A DNA stretch of 64,000 nt, from contig OZ076409.1 of the NCBI GenBank assembly GCA_964187785.1, positions 72,914,001-72,978,000 of the forward strand. The letters run 5' to 3'. The position numbers were made by a program, and so were the translations under genes. Of the stretch, positions 36,770 through 49,418 are shown piece after piece (position 1 is the stretch's first letter; every line of letters starts with the position of its first letter). The notes beneath the pieces are model-generated. The model saw nothing but the letters and a program-made list of their open reading frames with translations. It was not told the origin of the DNA and ran no database searches. The DNA comes from Amphiscolops sp. MND2022 (taxonomy: Eukaryota).

Positions 36770-38764
36770 GTGCGGGGGGGTAACCCCAACTTTTTTCTTG
36801 GAGGAATCGGGTAGGGTCCTGATTCCGAGTTCAGTGCCGCCAGCTATCGTTAAAAACCCATACCTTTTAAACCCGATCTCGAGAACTAACCACACCCCTT
36901 CTTTAATTTTTTGGCCCCCACTCACTTTTTGATAGTAGATCGCCCCCCATTGGGTTCGATGTTGGGCAAAAATGGAGATCATGGGTAACGGGGACCGTTA
37001 AGGGGTAACTCAGGGGGTAAAATTTATTTTTTGCGTCATATCTTTTCCCCCCGTGGATTTAGCGCTTCCGGTCAGCAGACAAAACCTCATGTACGTGATA
37101 CGGGGCCTCCATAGGTCCAAACAAAATTTTTCTATCATGCACCGTTACGGACTTGGCCCCCCGGCCCAACCGTTATTTTACCGGAAATTGCACTTTTTGA
37201 CCGGGAAGGAGTCGTCTGAGCACGGAGTCGTTTGGTAATGTTTTGTAGTGCATCTGGAGACGTGTTGGGGGACATGTAGTTTGCCGGCCCCAGTTTACCC
37301 CCCGGACGGGAAATGACCGTTATGTGAGTTTTAAAATTACCCCCCTTCAATTTTCCCCGTTATTTCCGGTGTGAAGGAGTGGGAGTAGCGCGTCGGGTGC
37401 CATATATCAAAAGTAGGTTTAGACAAGGACCAACCGGAAACATGTGGTTTGGGACCCCCTGACCCAACCCGTTAGCCGCTATTAGGGTGATCGCCTCCTT
37501 TTTTTGCTGTCAAAACCGGAAAACGGGTATTGAGGGGTAAATATCTCGTGAACGCGTGGAGCCATCGTGTCCATCACTACTACAAGGTTTCATACCCATG
37601 ATATGGTGCCTTCAGGGGGGCAAACAGATTACCGCTATCTATCACCGTTACTGACTTGGCCCCCCAGCCCAACCGCTATGTGACCGGAAATTGCACTTTT
37701 TGAGCCCAAAGGGTCGATCCTAGCCGGGCAACGTTAGGTAACATATTGTAGTACTCATTGAGACGAGTTGGGGGATATAGTTTCAGTCACCCCCCGTTAC
37801 CCCTTGAGACCGGAAATGACCGTTATGTGAGTAGAATTGCAATTTTTATACCTTTTGAAGGGCATTTAGGTGCGGAAGGAATGGTAATAGGTGCTTGGAC
37901 ACTATATGATGTAATTGAGGTCGTGAAGAGAGCATTCGGAAATAACCGTTATGTTGACCCCATAGTCCCCCTGGTACCGTAAACGACCGGAAATGGTCAA
38001 ATTTTGTGTTTCTAGGGTACAAATGTTTGATGTTTTATGGATAACAGTACCTATTAGGTGTTTCGAAGGTCTGCAGTTGTGAACATAGTCATGAAACCTT
38101 GTGGGGGGGTAACGGTATATAGCACCGTAAGTCCAAACCGTTGGTCACAGAATAGGTTTTTTGGTTTCAAAATGTCTTTAGGCGTAGTTATGAGGGTTGA
38201 ATTGTCATAATATCAACTAATACGGACTTTTTTGGGAAATAAAATTTTTTCACATTAGTTTCAGGGACCTACAATGCTTCAGTCAACATAACCGTAACAT
38301 TTTGATAGCCTTTCAAGTTGACCTGGTGTCAACTTGGAAGGGCTATCCTTCTAAAATCGTTAATCAAGAGTGTTTTTGGATAGGTATATGTTGCAATAGT
38401 ACCAATTAGAGCTTCATCAACAGTTTGCCAACGGCAAAACAATGTCGTGATAATTCCGTTATAAGAATAACAGTTAACAAATTGTTTACAAAGTTGATTT
38501 TTCCCATTCAAAATGTGTCCAAATGCCACCAAATTGAATAAAATAATAAATGGTATTGACTAAAACTAACTAACATTGAAAAAGAAGCTCAACATTTTTA
38601 ATAGGTCTCATTATGGAAGCTGAAACCTCACGTTTTAACTTAATTAACGTCAACGCCACATACTTTACATCAACGCCCACCGTCTGTGGGCATGCCGAGG
38701 CATGCCCTTCGACGACGTATGCCAACTACTTTTTATATCTACACCCACCCGCGGTAGCAGCTAG
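36770..38764 (+). repeat. U22, long unit, family L-a (1995 bp)
   Basis: Near-identical to U8; 20-mer 38688-38707. Confidence 0.9.
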
Positions 38765-40436
38765 GTGCGGGGGGGAAACCCCAACAAAATTTTTGGAGGA
38801 TTCGGGTAGGGTCCTGAATCCGAGTTCAGTGCTGCCAGCTTTCGTTAAGAAAATTTGGATAGGATTCGGGATCTCGTGATCTAACCATAGGATTTTAAAG
38901 TTGGAGCGGCCCCCACCAGATTTTCCGAAAATTAGCGCCCCCCACCGGGTTCCATACCCCGGAAAATTTTTTTTTGGCCACACGGGCGACCGTTAGGGGG
39001 TCATTTTAGGGGTAAAATTCATATTGGGCCACATAACTTTTTTTCTGTTGATTTAAAACTTTGGGACCCTGCTAAAAGTTTCTTGACCGTGTTGCAGGGG
39101 CCCCGGAGGTCCAAACCAAATTTTTCTATCTTGAAGCTATCTCCAAGTACCCCCCCGCCCAAAACGTTATTTTTCCGGAAACGCAGGTTTTAGACCCGGA
39201 TGGAGTCGTCTGAGCGCGGGGTCGTTAGGTGATGTATTGGGGACGGCCTTGAGACGAAGTGGGGGACATGTAGTTTGCCGACCTCGGTTTACCCCTCGGA
39301 CAGGAAATGACCGTTATATGAGCGGGAAAATTACCCCCCTCCACGTTTTACCGCTATTTCCGGTGTGAAGGAGTGGGAGTAGCGCGTCGGGTGCCATATA
39401 TCAAAAGTAGGTTAAGACAAGGACCTATCGGAAACATGTAGTTTGGGACCCCCTGGTCCAACCCGTTAGCGGGAAATGGGGCTTCCGCCTCCTTTTTTTA
39501 CTGCTAAAACCGTAAAATGGGCATTGAGGGGTAAATATCTCGTGAACGCGTGGAGCAATCGTGTCCATCACTACTACAAGGTTTCATACCCATGATATGG
39601 TGCCTTCAGGGGGGCAAACAGATTTCCGCTATCTATCACCGTTACCGACTTGGCCCCCCAGCCTAACCGCTATGTGACCGGAAATGTCACTTTTTGAGCC
39701 CAAAGGGTCGGTCCCAGCCGGGGAACGTTAGGTAACTTATTGTAGTACTCAATGAGACGAGTTGGGGGATATAGTTTCAGTCACCCCCCGTTACCCCTTG
39801 GGACCGGAAATGACCGTTATGTGAGTAAATTTGCCATTTTTGTCCTATTTGAAGGGCATTTAGACGCGGAAGGAGTGGTAACAGATTGCTTGGACACTAT
39901 ATGAGGTAAGGGAGGACGTGAGGCGAGCATTCGGACATAACCGTTATGTTGACCCTAAAGTCCCCCTGGTACCGTAAACGACCGGAAATGGTCAAATTTT
40001 GTATTTTTAGGGTACAAATGTTTGGTATTTTATGGAATAAAGTACATGGAAGGTGTTTCAAAGGCATCCAGAAATGAACATAGTCATGAAACCTTGAGGG
40101 GGGTAACGGTATATAACACCGGAAGTCCAAGCCGTTGGACACAGTATAGGTTTTTGCACTCGATGAGAATGTACTCGCTAAAATCCAGGTACTACAACCC
40201 ATATTTGTTTTTTGCGACGCTCTCATGCTAGTGCGAATACTTATTGATCTTTTAACTGAATTTTTTTGTCGGCACTTTGACTTTGACCTGACATATAGTG
40301 AATATTTTGTCCTTTTAATATACACATAACTAACGTCAACGCCCCATCCTTGCATCAACGCCCACCGTCCGTGGGCATGCCGAGGCATGCCCTTCGACGA
40401 CGTATACCAAGATATACCTTGAGCGCGTTAGCCTAG
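38765..40436 (+). repeat. U23, chimeric unit H2: L-c body fused to an S-type end (1672 bp)
   Basis: L sequence to ~40155, then only the right arm of hairpin A (40162-40176); 20-mer 40373-40392. Confidence 0.88.
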
Positions 40437-41705
40437 GTGGCCGTGTCTTTTCGACGTGCTTTTGCATCGAGGAGTGGGTAGGGCCCCGCGACGACCTAGA
40501 AGAATTGGATGCTCACCGAAACGTGCAGAATTCTACGAGATCTCATAGTTTGAGCCATACGATTTTTCTGAAATTTGGCATGTGGCCTGGAATTGGTGAG
40601 TAGGTAAAACGTGTAGGAGGTGATTTTTCCCAAATTCCACTGTGAGACGAGATATGGGCAAATAACGGTCCCAAAAATGGCAAAAATGCACTTTTTTCAA
40701 GTTTGTCAGCCCATATCTCGTTCCCAGGTGCCCGGAGCGGGACGCGTTAAGCTGATTATAAACTCTAGGGTGTTGAGGCTGTACGGTGAACTTGGGCCCG
40801 TTCCGATCCGACTTGTAGTCTTGGAGAAATAACGGTATTTTTGGGGAACCTTTTCTAACGGTCCAGCTTATCTTTGCCATTTTTTCGAAAATGTACTCGC
40901 CTAAAGGCCTCCCCCTGGCCGAATTTACTCCCAGCAAAACCATTTGGCCCTAAATACGGAGTTTCAGCGTTCCAGCATTCCCGGGCGAAAAGTTGTGGGA
41001 CTTGGAAAATTTTCAAAAATTTTCAAAAAAATTTTTTTTCGTTTTCCGGGCCCCCAATGAAGGGGAAACGACCCCCCAACCAGTATTTTGAGTGAATTCA
41101 TGTGGAAAGCCCTTGTTTTGACGAGAAAAATACCGTTTAGAACATCTTTTTATCTTGACTCAACGTTGACTTATGACGTTTTGAATGTGATGTAAGGATG
41201 TAGGAGGCATGTGATAAGTTGATGTTTTGAGTCTTTATCTCATATGAAAGCGGTTGAGATGCAAGCTGTCCTGCTCAAAACGTCTTTCGTTGTAATTTTC
41301 CAGTGCACCAATACCCTTTGGTGTCATATAAACATACTTTTTGTCGATATATTAACAATTTTAATGTATTTATTCCAATTTTTATTATCTTATAACTCAA
41401 AACAGTTGAGTACATTTCATCTCCCTTTCGGGGGAGATGAGAATGTACTCGCTAAAGACCTAGCGCCATGACCAAAAGTTTGAAACCCACGTTTTTTATC
41501 TTCTTACAGACTTGTTTTTGTATTTTTTCGGAATTTTTTAAAAATTAATATACTTGAAATACATTACTTGACTTTACTACTACAACCCACCTCCAACGAC
41601 AACGCCCCCCTGCTTGCATCAACGCCCACCGTCCGTGGGCATGCCGAGGCATGCCCTTCGACGACGTATGCCAAATGCCCAGTGCCACGCAGTCATTATC
41701 GCTAG
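40437..41705 (+). repeat. U24, family S-d (1269 bp)
   Basis: Copy of U4; 20-mer 41637-41656. Confidence 0.9.
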
Positions 41706-42976
41706 GTGCCGGGATTTTCTATTCGACAAGTTTGCGCGCCTTGGGGAGGGTCCCTTTGCGCGCTTTAAGATCCAGGTGTTTCCAACTCCTAAACGGGCAT
41801 GTGATTTCGACGATCTCCTAAACTAGCCATACGATTTGGCTGAAATTTGGCACACGTACCCCCCTCGGCACGGTGAAGATGATTCCCTACTGACGTTTTT
41901 CCCGCTAAACATTTTTTGTTGACCAAAATAACGGTTTTTGGGGTAAAATTTTCAACTTTTTTTAAATTTCATCTTATATCTCGCCACGGGTACACGCTAG
42001 CGCTTCAAAACCTTGCTGACGAAAGTTTGCAAACTGTCTCAGGAATGCTGTGTGAAATTTTCAGCTCAATCGGACTCAAACTCGAGGAGATATAGCGTTT
42101 TTCCGGAGCGGGGGGGTTTCATTTTTCTAACGGTCCAGCTTATCTTTGCCATTTTTTCGAAAATGCACTCGCCTAAAGGCCTCCCCTGGCCGGTTTTATT
42201 CCCAGCAAAACCATTTGGCCCTAAATACGGAGTTTCAGCGTTCCAGCATTCCCGGGCGAAAAGTTGTGGGACTTAGAATTTTTCAAAAATTTTCAAAAAA
42301 AATTTTTCCTGTTATTTGGGCCCCCAAAGTGGGGGAAAGCACCCCCCAACCATTAAAGCAAGTGAACGCATGTGGAAAGCCCTTGTTTAGACAAGAAAAA
42401 TGGCGTTTAGAACGTCTTTTTATCTTAACTTGACATTGACTTTTGTCGTTTTGAAGGTGACCGTTAGATACAGAAAATTGATATTTTGAGTATTTATCCC
42501 ATCTGAAAGCCATTGAGATACAACATGTTTTGCTCAAAACGTGTTTCATTGCAGTTCCGCTGTCCATTGACACCCTTTGATGTCTTTTGACGTAATTTTC
42601 TTTTCTATAATAACAATTTTTTAGTGTATTTATTCATTTTTTTCTCATCAAATAACTTGAAACAGTTGAGTACATTCCATCTCCCTTCCCGGGGGAGATG
42701 AGAATGTACTCGCTAAAGGTCAGGAACTACGGTCTATATCTTCAACAACACAAAAGCAATTGAAAATTGTTTCAGTTTGTTGCAGAAAACTTTTCTTTTT
42801 GCACTCAGTGACTCGGCAAAGTGAACGATTTTGACCCATATTGAATCTTACTTTACCACAACTCATCTCTAACGTCAACGCCCCCCACACACATCAACGC
42901 CCCCCGTCCGTGGGCATGCCGAGGCATGCCCTTCGACGACGTATAGCAAAATATATTCGAACGCGGTAGCCGCTAG
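41706..42976 (+). repeat. U25, family S-c, tail c1 (1271 bp)
   Basis: 20-mer 42912-42931. Confidence 0.9.
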
Positions 42977-44264
42977 GTGGCCGGAAATTTTTTTTTCATC
43001 AAAATCTTTGCCATTGGGGGAGGGGCCCCGGATGGCCAGTAGTACGGGATAGCTTCCTACCAAATCCAGATGGAAAAAACGTGATTTCGGAAACTAGCCG
43101 TCAGAATTTGCTCAAATTTTGCATGCGGCTTCCTATGACAATCCTAAGAACTAATCCCTACTGGCATTTTGCCCAAAAAACGCAAAAAGTTGGTCAAAAT
43201 CTTAGTTTTTTGGTCAAAAAATGGCGTTTTTTCGAAAAAAAAAATTTTCAGAGACAATTACTCGTAACTGGTTCACCCAGCGCAAAAACGCCTAGCTGAT
43301 TTATTGTTGGGCACTTCATGAGGAGTGCGTATACAAATTTTCGTCCAGATCGGAAAAAAAATGACTAAGTATTAGCCGGAATTCGGACGCATTTTTTCGC
43401 AAATTTTTGAAAACCTAGTCTATCTCTGCCGTTTTTTGCCCAGATTTTTTTCCAGGTCCTCTCCTAAAGGCCTCCCCTGGCCGGTTTACTTCCCAGAAAA
43501 ACCAATTGGCCCTAAATACGGAGTTTCAGCGTTCTAGCATTCCCGGGCGAAAAGATGTGGGACTTAGAAAAAATTCAAAATTTTTCAAAAAAAATTTTTT
43601 TCGTTTTCCGGTCCCCCCAATGAAGGGGAACGACCCCCCAACGAGGATTTTTGGTGAATTCACGTGGAAAGGCCTTGTTTTGTGGAGCAAATTGCCGTTT
43701 AGAGCAACTTTTTATCTTAACTTGACGTTGACCTCTGTCGTTTTGAATTTGATATTAGTATGTGTTGAGCATGTGAAAAGTTGATGATTTCAGTTGTTCT
43801 CTCGTGTTCAAGCCATTGAGATACAAGCGGTAGTGATCAAAATGTGATTTATCGCAATTTGATGGTGCTTTTGGTGTATTTTGATTCTTTTAAATAAAAA
43901 GTTGTTCTTTATATATTTGGTGTATTGATTCAAATGAACAAGAAACAGTTGAGTACATTTCATCTCCCCCCTTGTGGGGGAGATGAGGATGTACCCGCTA
44001 AATGACACGCACAATGGCCTAATTTTATTTTTATGCGACATTTTCTAGGCTTTTGCGCAAGCCCACTAAAATTTAGACTGGTTTCCTTTTCTTTTACTCC
44101 AAAATTTTCCGTACTAACCACCTTACGCACCACCAGCTCAACGTAACATCTGTAACGTCAACGCCACACACTCTCACTAACGCCCACCGTCCGTGGGCAT
44201 GCCGAGGCATGCCCTTCGACGACGTATGCCAAATAGCGCCACAGGGCGCAAACATTCCCGCTAG
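42977..44264 (+). repeat. U26, family S-f (1288 bp)
   Basis: Copy of U7; 20-mer 44195-44214. Confidence 0.9.
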
Positions 44265-47200
44265 GTGCCGGGATTTCTATTCGTTCGAGTATGTGGCGCG
44301 TGTGGGTAGGGCCCCTGGCGCGCTCTTTTATTTCGGGTACACCTACTCCAAATTCACGATGTGATTTCGACGATCTCGTAAACTAGCCACACGATTTGGC
44401 TGAAATTTGGCACACGTACCCCCCTTGGCACGGTGAAGATGATTCCCTACTGACGTTTTGCCCGCTAAACATTTTTTGTTGACCAAAATAACGGTTTTTG
44501 GTGGAAAATTTTCAACTTTTTTTAAATTTCATCTTATATCTCGCCCCAGGTTTACGCTAGCGCTTCAAAACCTTGCTGACGAAAGTTTGCAAACTGTCTC
44601 AGGAATGCGGTGTGAAATTTTTAGCTCAATCGGACTTAAACTCGAGGAGATATAGCGTTTTTCCGGAGCGGGGGGGTTTCATTTTTCTAACGGTCCAGCG
44701 TATCTTTGCCATTTTTTCGAAAATGCACTCGCCTAAAGGCCTCCCCTGGCCGGTTTTACTCCCAAAAAAACCATTTGGCCCTAAATACGGGGTTTCAGCG
44801 TTCTAGCATTTTCGGGCGAAAAGTTGTGGGACTTAGAAAATTTCAAAAATTTTCAAAAAAATTTTTTTCCGTTATTTGGGCCCCCAATGTGGGGGAAAGG
44901 ACCCCCCAACCAGTATTTTGAGTGAATGCATGTGCAAAGCGCTTTTTTAGAGGAGAAAAATGTCGTTTAGAACGTCTTTTTATCTTTACTCAACGTTGAC
45001 TTATGACGTTTTGAAGGTGATGTAAAGAGGTGTGAAGCACGTGAAAAGTAAACGTTATGAGTATTTATTTGATCTGAAAGCCATTCAGATGCAATCTGAT
45101 TTGCCCAAAATGTAATTCATTTCAGTTTAGCAGTCAATCAACACCCTTTGTTGTCGTTTGACATATTTTTTTGTTGATATAATAAAAAATTTTGTGTATT
45201 TATTTATTTTTTTCTCATCGAATAACTTGAAACAGTTGAGTACATTCCATCTCCCTTCCCGGGGGAGATGAGAATGTACTCGCAAAAAGCCCCGAACTAT
45301 GGCCCTTACCTTCCCGAGCTACGCAGTATAAAGATTGCATATTGGTTTCGACATTTTGTTAGAGTTATATCTTGGTAATCTGTCTGGATATGCAGAAAAA
45401 TCAGCACGTGCCTTTTTATACCAAGTTGCTCACAACGACAATTATTTTATATCAACGCCCCCATATTTATCAACGCCCCCCGTCCGTGGGCATGCCGAGG
45501 CATGCCCTTCGACGACGTGCACCAAGATATACCCCGAACGCGGTAGCAGCTAGGTGCCGGGATTTCTATTCGTTCGAGTATGTGGCGCGTGTGGGTAGGG
45601 CCCCTGGCGCGCTCTTGGGTATGGTGTTCACCAGCTAGGAAATAGGGGTCGATTTTTCGGGATCTCCTAAACTAGCCACACGATTTGGCTGAAATTTGGC
45701 ACACGTACTCCCCTCGGCATGGTGAAGATGATTCCCTACTAGCGTTTTGCTCGCAAAATTTTTTTTGTTGTCCAAAATAACGGTTTTTGGTGGAAAATTT
45801 TGAATTTTTTTTAAATTTCTTCTTATATCTCGCCACGGGTTCACGCTAGCGCTTCAATACCCTGCTAAAGAAAGCTTGCAAACTGTCTCAGGAATGCGGT
45901 GTGAAATTTTCAGCTCAATCGAACTCAAACTCAGGAAGATATAGCGTTTTTCCGGAGCGGGGGGGTTTCATTTTTCTAACGGTCCAGCTTATCTTTGCCA
46001 TTTTTTCGAAAATGCACTCGCCTAAAGGCCTCCCCTGGCCGGTTTTATTCCCAGCAAAACCATTTGGCCCTAAATACCGAGTTTCAGCGTTCCAGCATTC
46101 CCGGGCGAAAAGTTGTGGGACTTAGAAAAATTTCAAAAATTTTCGAAATTTTTTTTTCCGTTTTCCGGCCCCTCCCCCGAGGGGAAAAGACCCCCCAACC
46201 AGTAATATGAGTGAATTTATGTGGAAAGGCCATGTTTAGACGAAAAAATTGCCGTTTAGAACGTCTTTCTATCTCAACCTGACATTGACTTATGAAGCTT
46301 TAAAGGTGATGTTTGGACGTGTGAAGCATGTAAAAAAAGGAATTTTTTTGATTTTATTTCATCAGAAAGTCATTGAATCACACGCTGTGAAGCCCAGAGC
46401 GTGATTTCTAATAGTTTGGTATCGTTTAAACGCATTTTGGTGTCTTTTTACTCTGTTTAAAAAACTTTTCTCCTGAAAATTAATAAATTTTGATTACTTT
46501 TCTTACTTTCCATTAATTTTTTTTTCTTATATTTTTACTTGAAACAGTTGAGTACATTCCATCTCCCTTCCCGGGGGAGATGAGAATGTACTCGCAAAAA
46601 GCCGCGAACTACGGCCCATACCTTCCCGAGATACGCAGTATAAAGATAACATAATGGTCCAGACATTTTAATGGAGTTGTATCTTGGTAATATGTCTGGA
46701 TTTGCAGAAAAATCAGCACGTGCCATTTTATACCAAGTTGCTCGCAACGACAATTAATTTAAATCAACGCCCCCCACAAAAATCAACGCCCCCCGTCCGT
46801 GGGCATGCCGAGGCATGCCCTTCGACGACGTGCACCAAAATATGCCCCGAGCGCGTTAGCAGCTAGGTGCCGGGATTTCCATTCGATAAGGAATTCTGCG
46901 CGTGTGGGTAGGGCCCCTGGCGCGCTCCTGTGTTTTCGGTTTTCCTACTCCAAATTCACACCCCAGTTATCTCCGATCTCGTAAACTATCCATACGATTT
47001 GGCTGAAATTTGGCACACGTACCCCCCTCGGCACGGTGAAGATGATTCCCTACTGACGTTTTGCTCGCTAAACATTTTTTGTTGACCAAAATAACGGTTT
47101 TTGGGGTAAAATTTTCAATTTTTTTTAAATTTCATCTTATATCTCGCCACGGGTTTACGCTAGCGCTTCCAAACCTTGCTGACGAAACCTTGCAAACTGT

Positions 47201-48154
47201 CTCAGGAATGCTGTGTGAAATTTTCAGCTCAATCGGACTTAAACTCCGGGAGATATAGCGTTTTTCCGGAGCGGGGGGGTTTCATTTTTCTAACGGTCCA
47301 GCTTATCTTTGCCATTTTTTCGAAAATGCACTCGCCTAAAGGCCTCCCCTGGCCGGTTTTATTCCCAGCAAAACCATTTGGCCCTAAATACGGAGTTTCA
47401 GCGTTCCAGCATTCCCGGGCGAAAAGTTGTGGGACTTAGAAAATTTCAAAAATTTTCAAAAAATTTTTTTCCGTAATTTGGGCCCCCAAAGTGGGGGAAA
47501 GCACCCCCCAACCAGTAAAGCAAGTTAATGCATGTGCAAAGCCCTTGTTTGGACGAGAAAAATGCCGTTTAGAACGTCTTTTTATCTTGGCTCAACGTTG
47601 ACTTATGACGTTTTGAAGGTGATGTTTGGAGGTGTAAAGCACGTGAATAGTAAACGTTATGAGTATTTATCTGATCTGAAAGCCATTGAGATGCAATATG
47701 GTTTGCTCAAAACGTAATTCATTGCAGTTTGGCAGTCAATCAACACCCTTTGTTGTCGTTTGACATACTTTTTTGTTGATATAATAAAAATTCATTGTGT
47801 ATTTATTAATTTTTTTCTCATCAAATAGCTTGGAACAGTTGAGTACATTCCATCCCCCCTTCCGGGGGAGATGAGAATGTACTCGCAAAAAGCACCGAAC
47901 TACGGCCCTTACCTTCCCGAGCTACGCAGTATAAGGATTACATATTGGTTCCGACATTTTCATAGAGTTAAATCTTGGTAATCTGTCTGGGTATGCAGAA
48001 AAACCAGCACGTGCTTTTTTATACCAAGTTGCTCACAACGACATTTATTTTATATCAACGCCCCCATATTTATCAACGCCCCCCGTCCGTGGGCATGCCG
48101 AGGCATGCCCTTCGACGACGTATACCAAGATATACTTCGAGCGCGTTAGCCTAG
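44265..48154 (+). repeat. U27-U29, three S-c units with different heads (1289, 1313, 1288 bp)
   Basis: Starts 44265, 45554, 46867; 20-mers 45488, 46801, 48091. Confidence 0.9.
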
Positions 48155-49418
48155 GTGGCCGTGTCTTTTCGACCTGCTTTTGCCTTGAGGAGTGGGTAGG
48201 GCCCCGCGACGACCTAGAAGAATTGGATGCTCACCGAAACGTGCAGAATTCTACGAGATCTCATAGTTTGAGCCATACGATTTTGCTGAAATTTGGCATG
48301 TGGCCTGGAATTGGTGAGTAGGTAAAACGTGTAGGAGGTGATTTTTCCCAAATTCCACTGTGAGACGAGATATGGGCAAATAACGGTCCCAAAAATGGCA
48401 AAAATGCACTTTTTTCAACTTTGTCAGCCCATATCTCGTTCCCAGGTGCCCGGAGCGGGACGCGTTAAGCTGATTATAAACTCTAGGGTGTTGAGGCTGT
48501 ACGGGGAAGTCAGGCCCGTTCCGATCGGACTTGTAGTCTTGGAGAAATAACGGTATTTTTGAGGAACCTTTTCTAACGGTCCAGCTTATCTTTGCCATTT
48601 TTTCGAAAATGTACTCACCTAAAGGCCTCCCCTGGCCGAATTTACTCCCAGCAAAACCATTTGGCCCTAAATACGGAGTTTCAGCGTTCCAGCATTCCCG
48701 GGCGAAAAGTTGTGGGACTTGGAAAATTTTCAAAAATTTTCAAAAAAATTTTTTTTCGTTTTCCGGGCCCCCAATGAAGGGGAAACGACCCCCCAACCAG
48801 TAATTTGAGTGAATTCACGTGGAAAGCCCTTGTTTTGACGAGAAAAATACCGTTTAGAACATCTTTTTATCTTGACTCAACGTTGACTTATGACGTTTTG
48901 AATGTGATGTAAGGATGTAGGAGGCATGTGATAAGTTGATGTTTTGAGTCTTTGTCTCATATGAAAGCGGTTGAGATGCAAGCTCTCCTGCTCAAAACGT
49001 CTTTCGTTGTAATTTTCCAGTGCACCAATACCCTTTGGTGTCATATAAACATACTTTTTGTCGTTATATTAACAATTTTAATGTATTTATTCCAATTTTT
49101 ATTATCTTATAACTCAAAACAGTTGAGTACATTTCATCTCCCTTTCGGGGGAGATGAGAATGTACTCGCTAAAGACGTAGCGCCATGACCAAAAGTTTGA
49201 AACCCACGTTTTTTATCTTCTTTCAGACTTGTTTTTGTATTTTTTCGGAATTTTTTAAAAATTAATATACTTGAAATACATTACTTGACTTTACTACTAC
49301 AACCCACCTCCACAACGCCCCCCTGCTTGCATCAACGCCCACCGTCCGTGGGCATGCCGAGGCATGCCCTTCGACGACGTATGCCAAATGCCCAGTGCCA
49401 CGCAGTCATTATCGCTAG
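48155..49418 (+). repeat. U30, family S-d (1264 bp)
   Basis: Third copy of U4; 20-mer 49350-49369. Confidence 0.9.
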
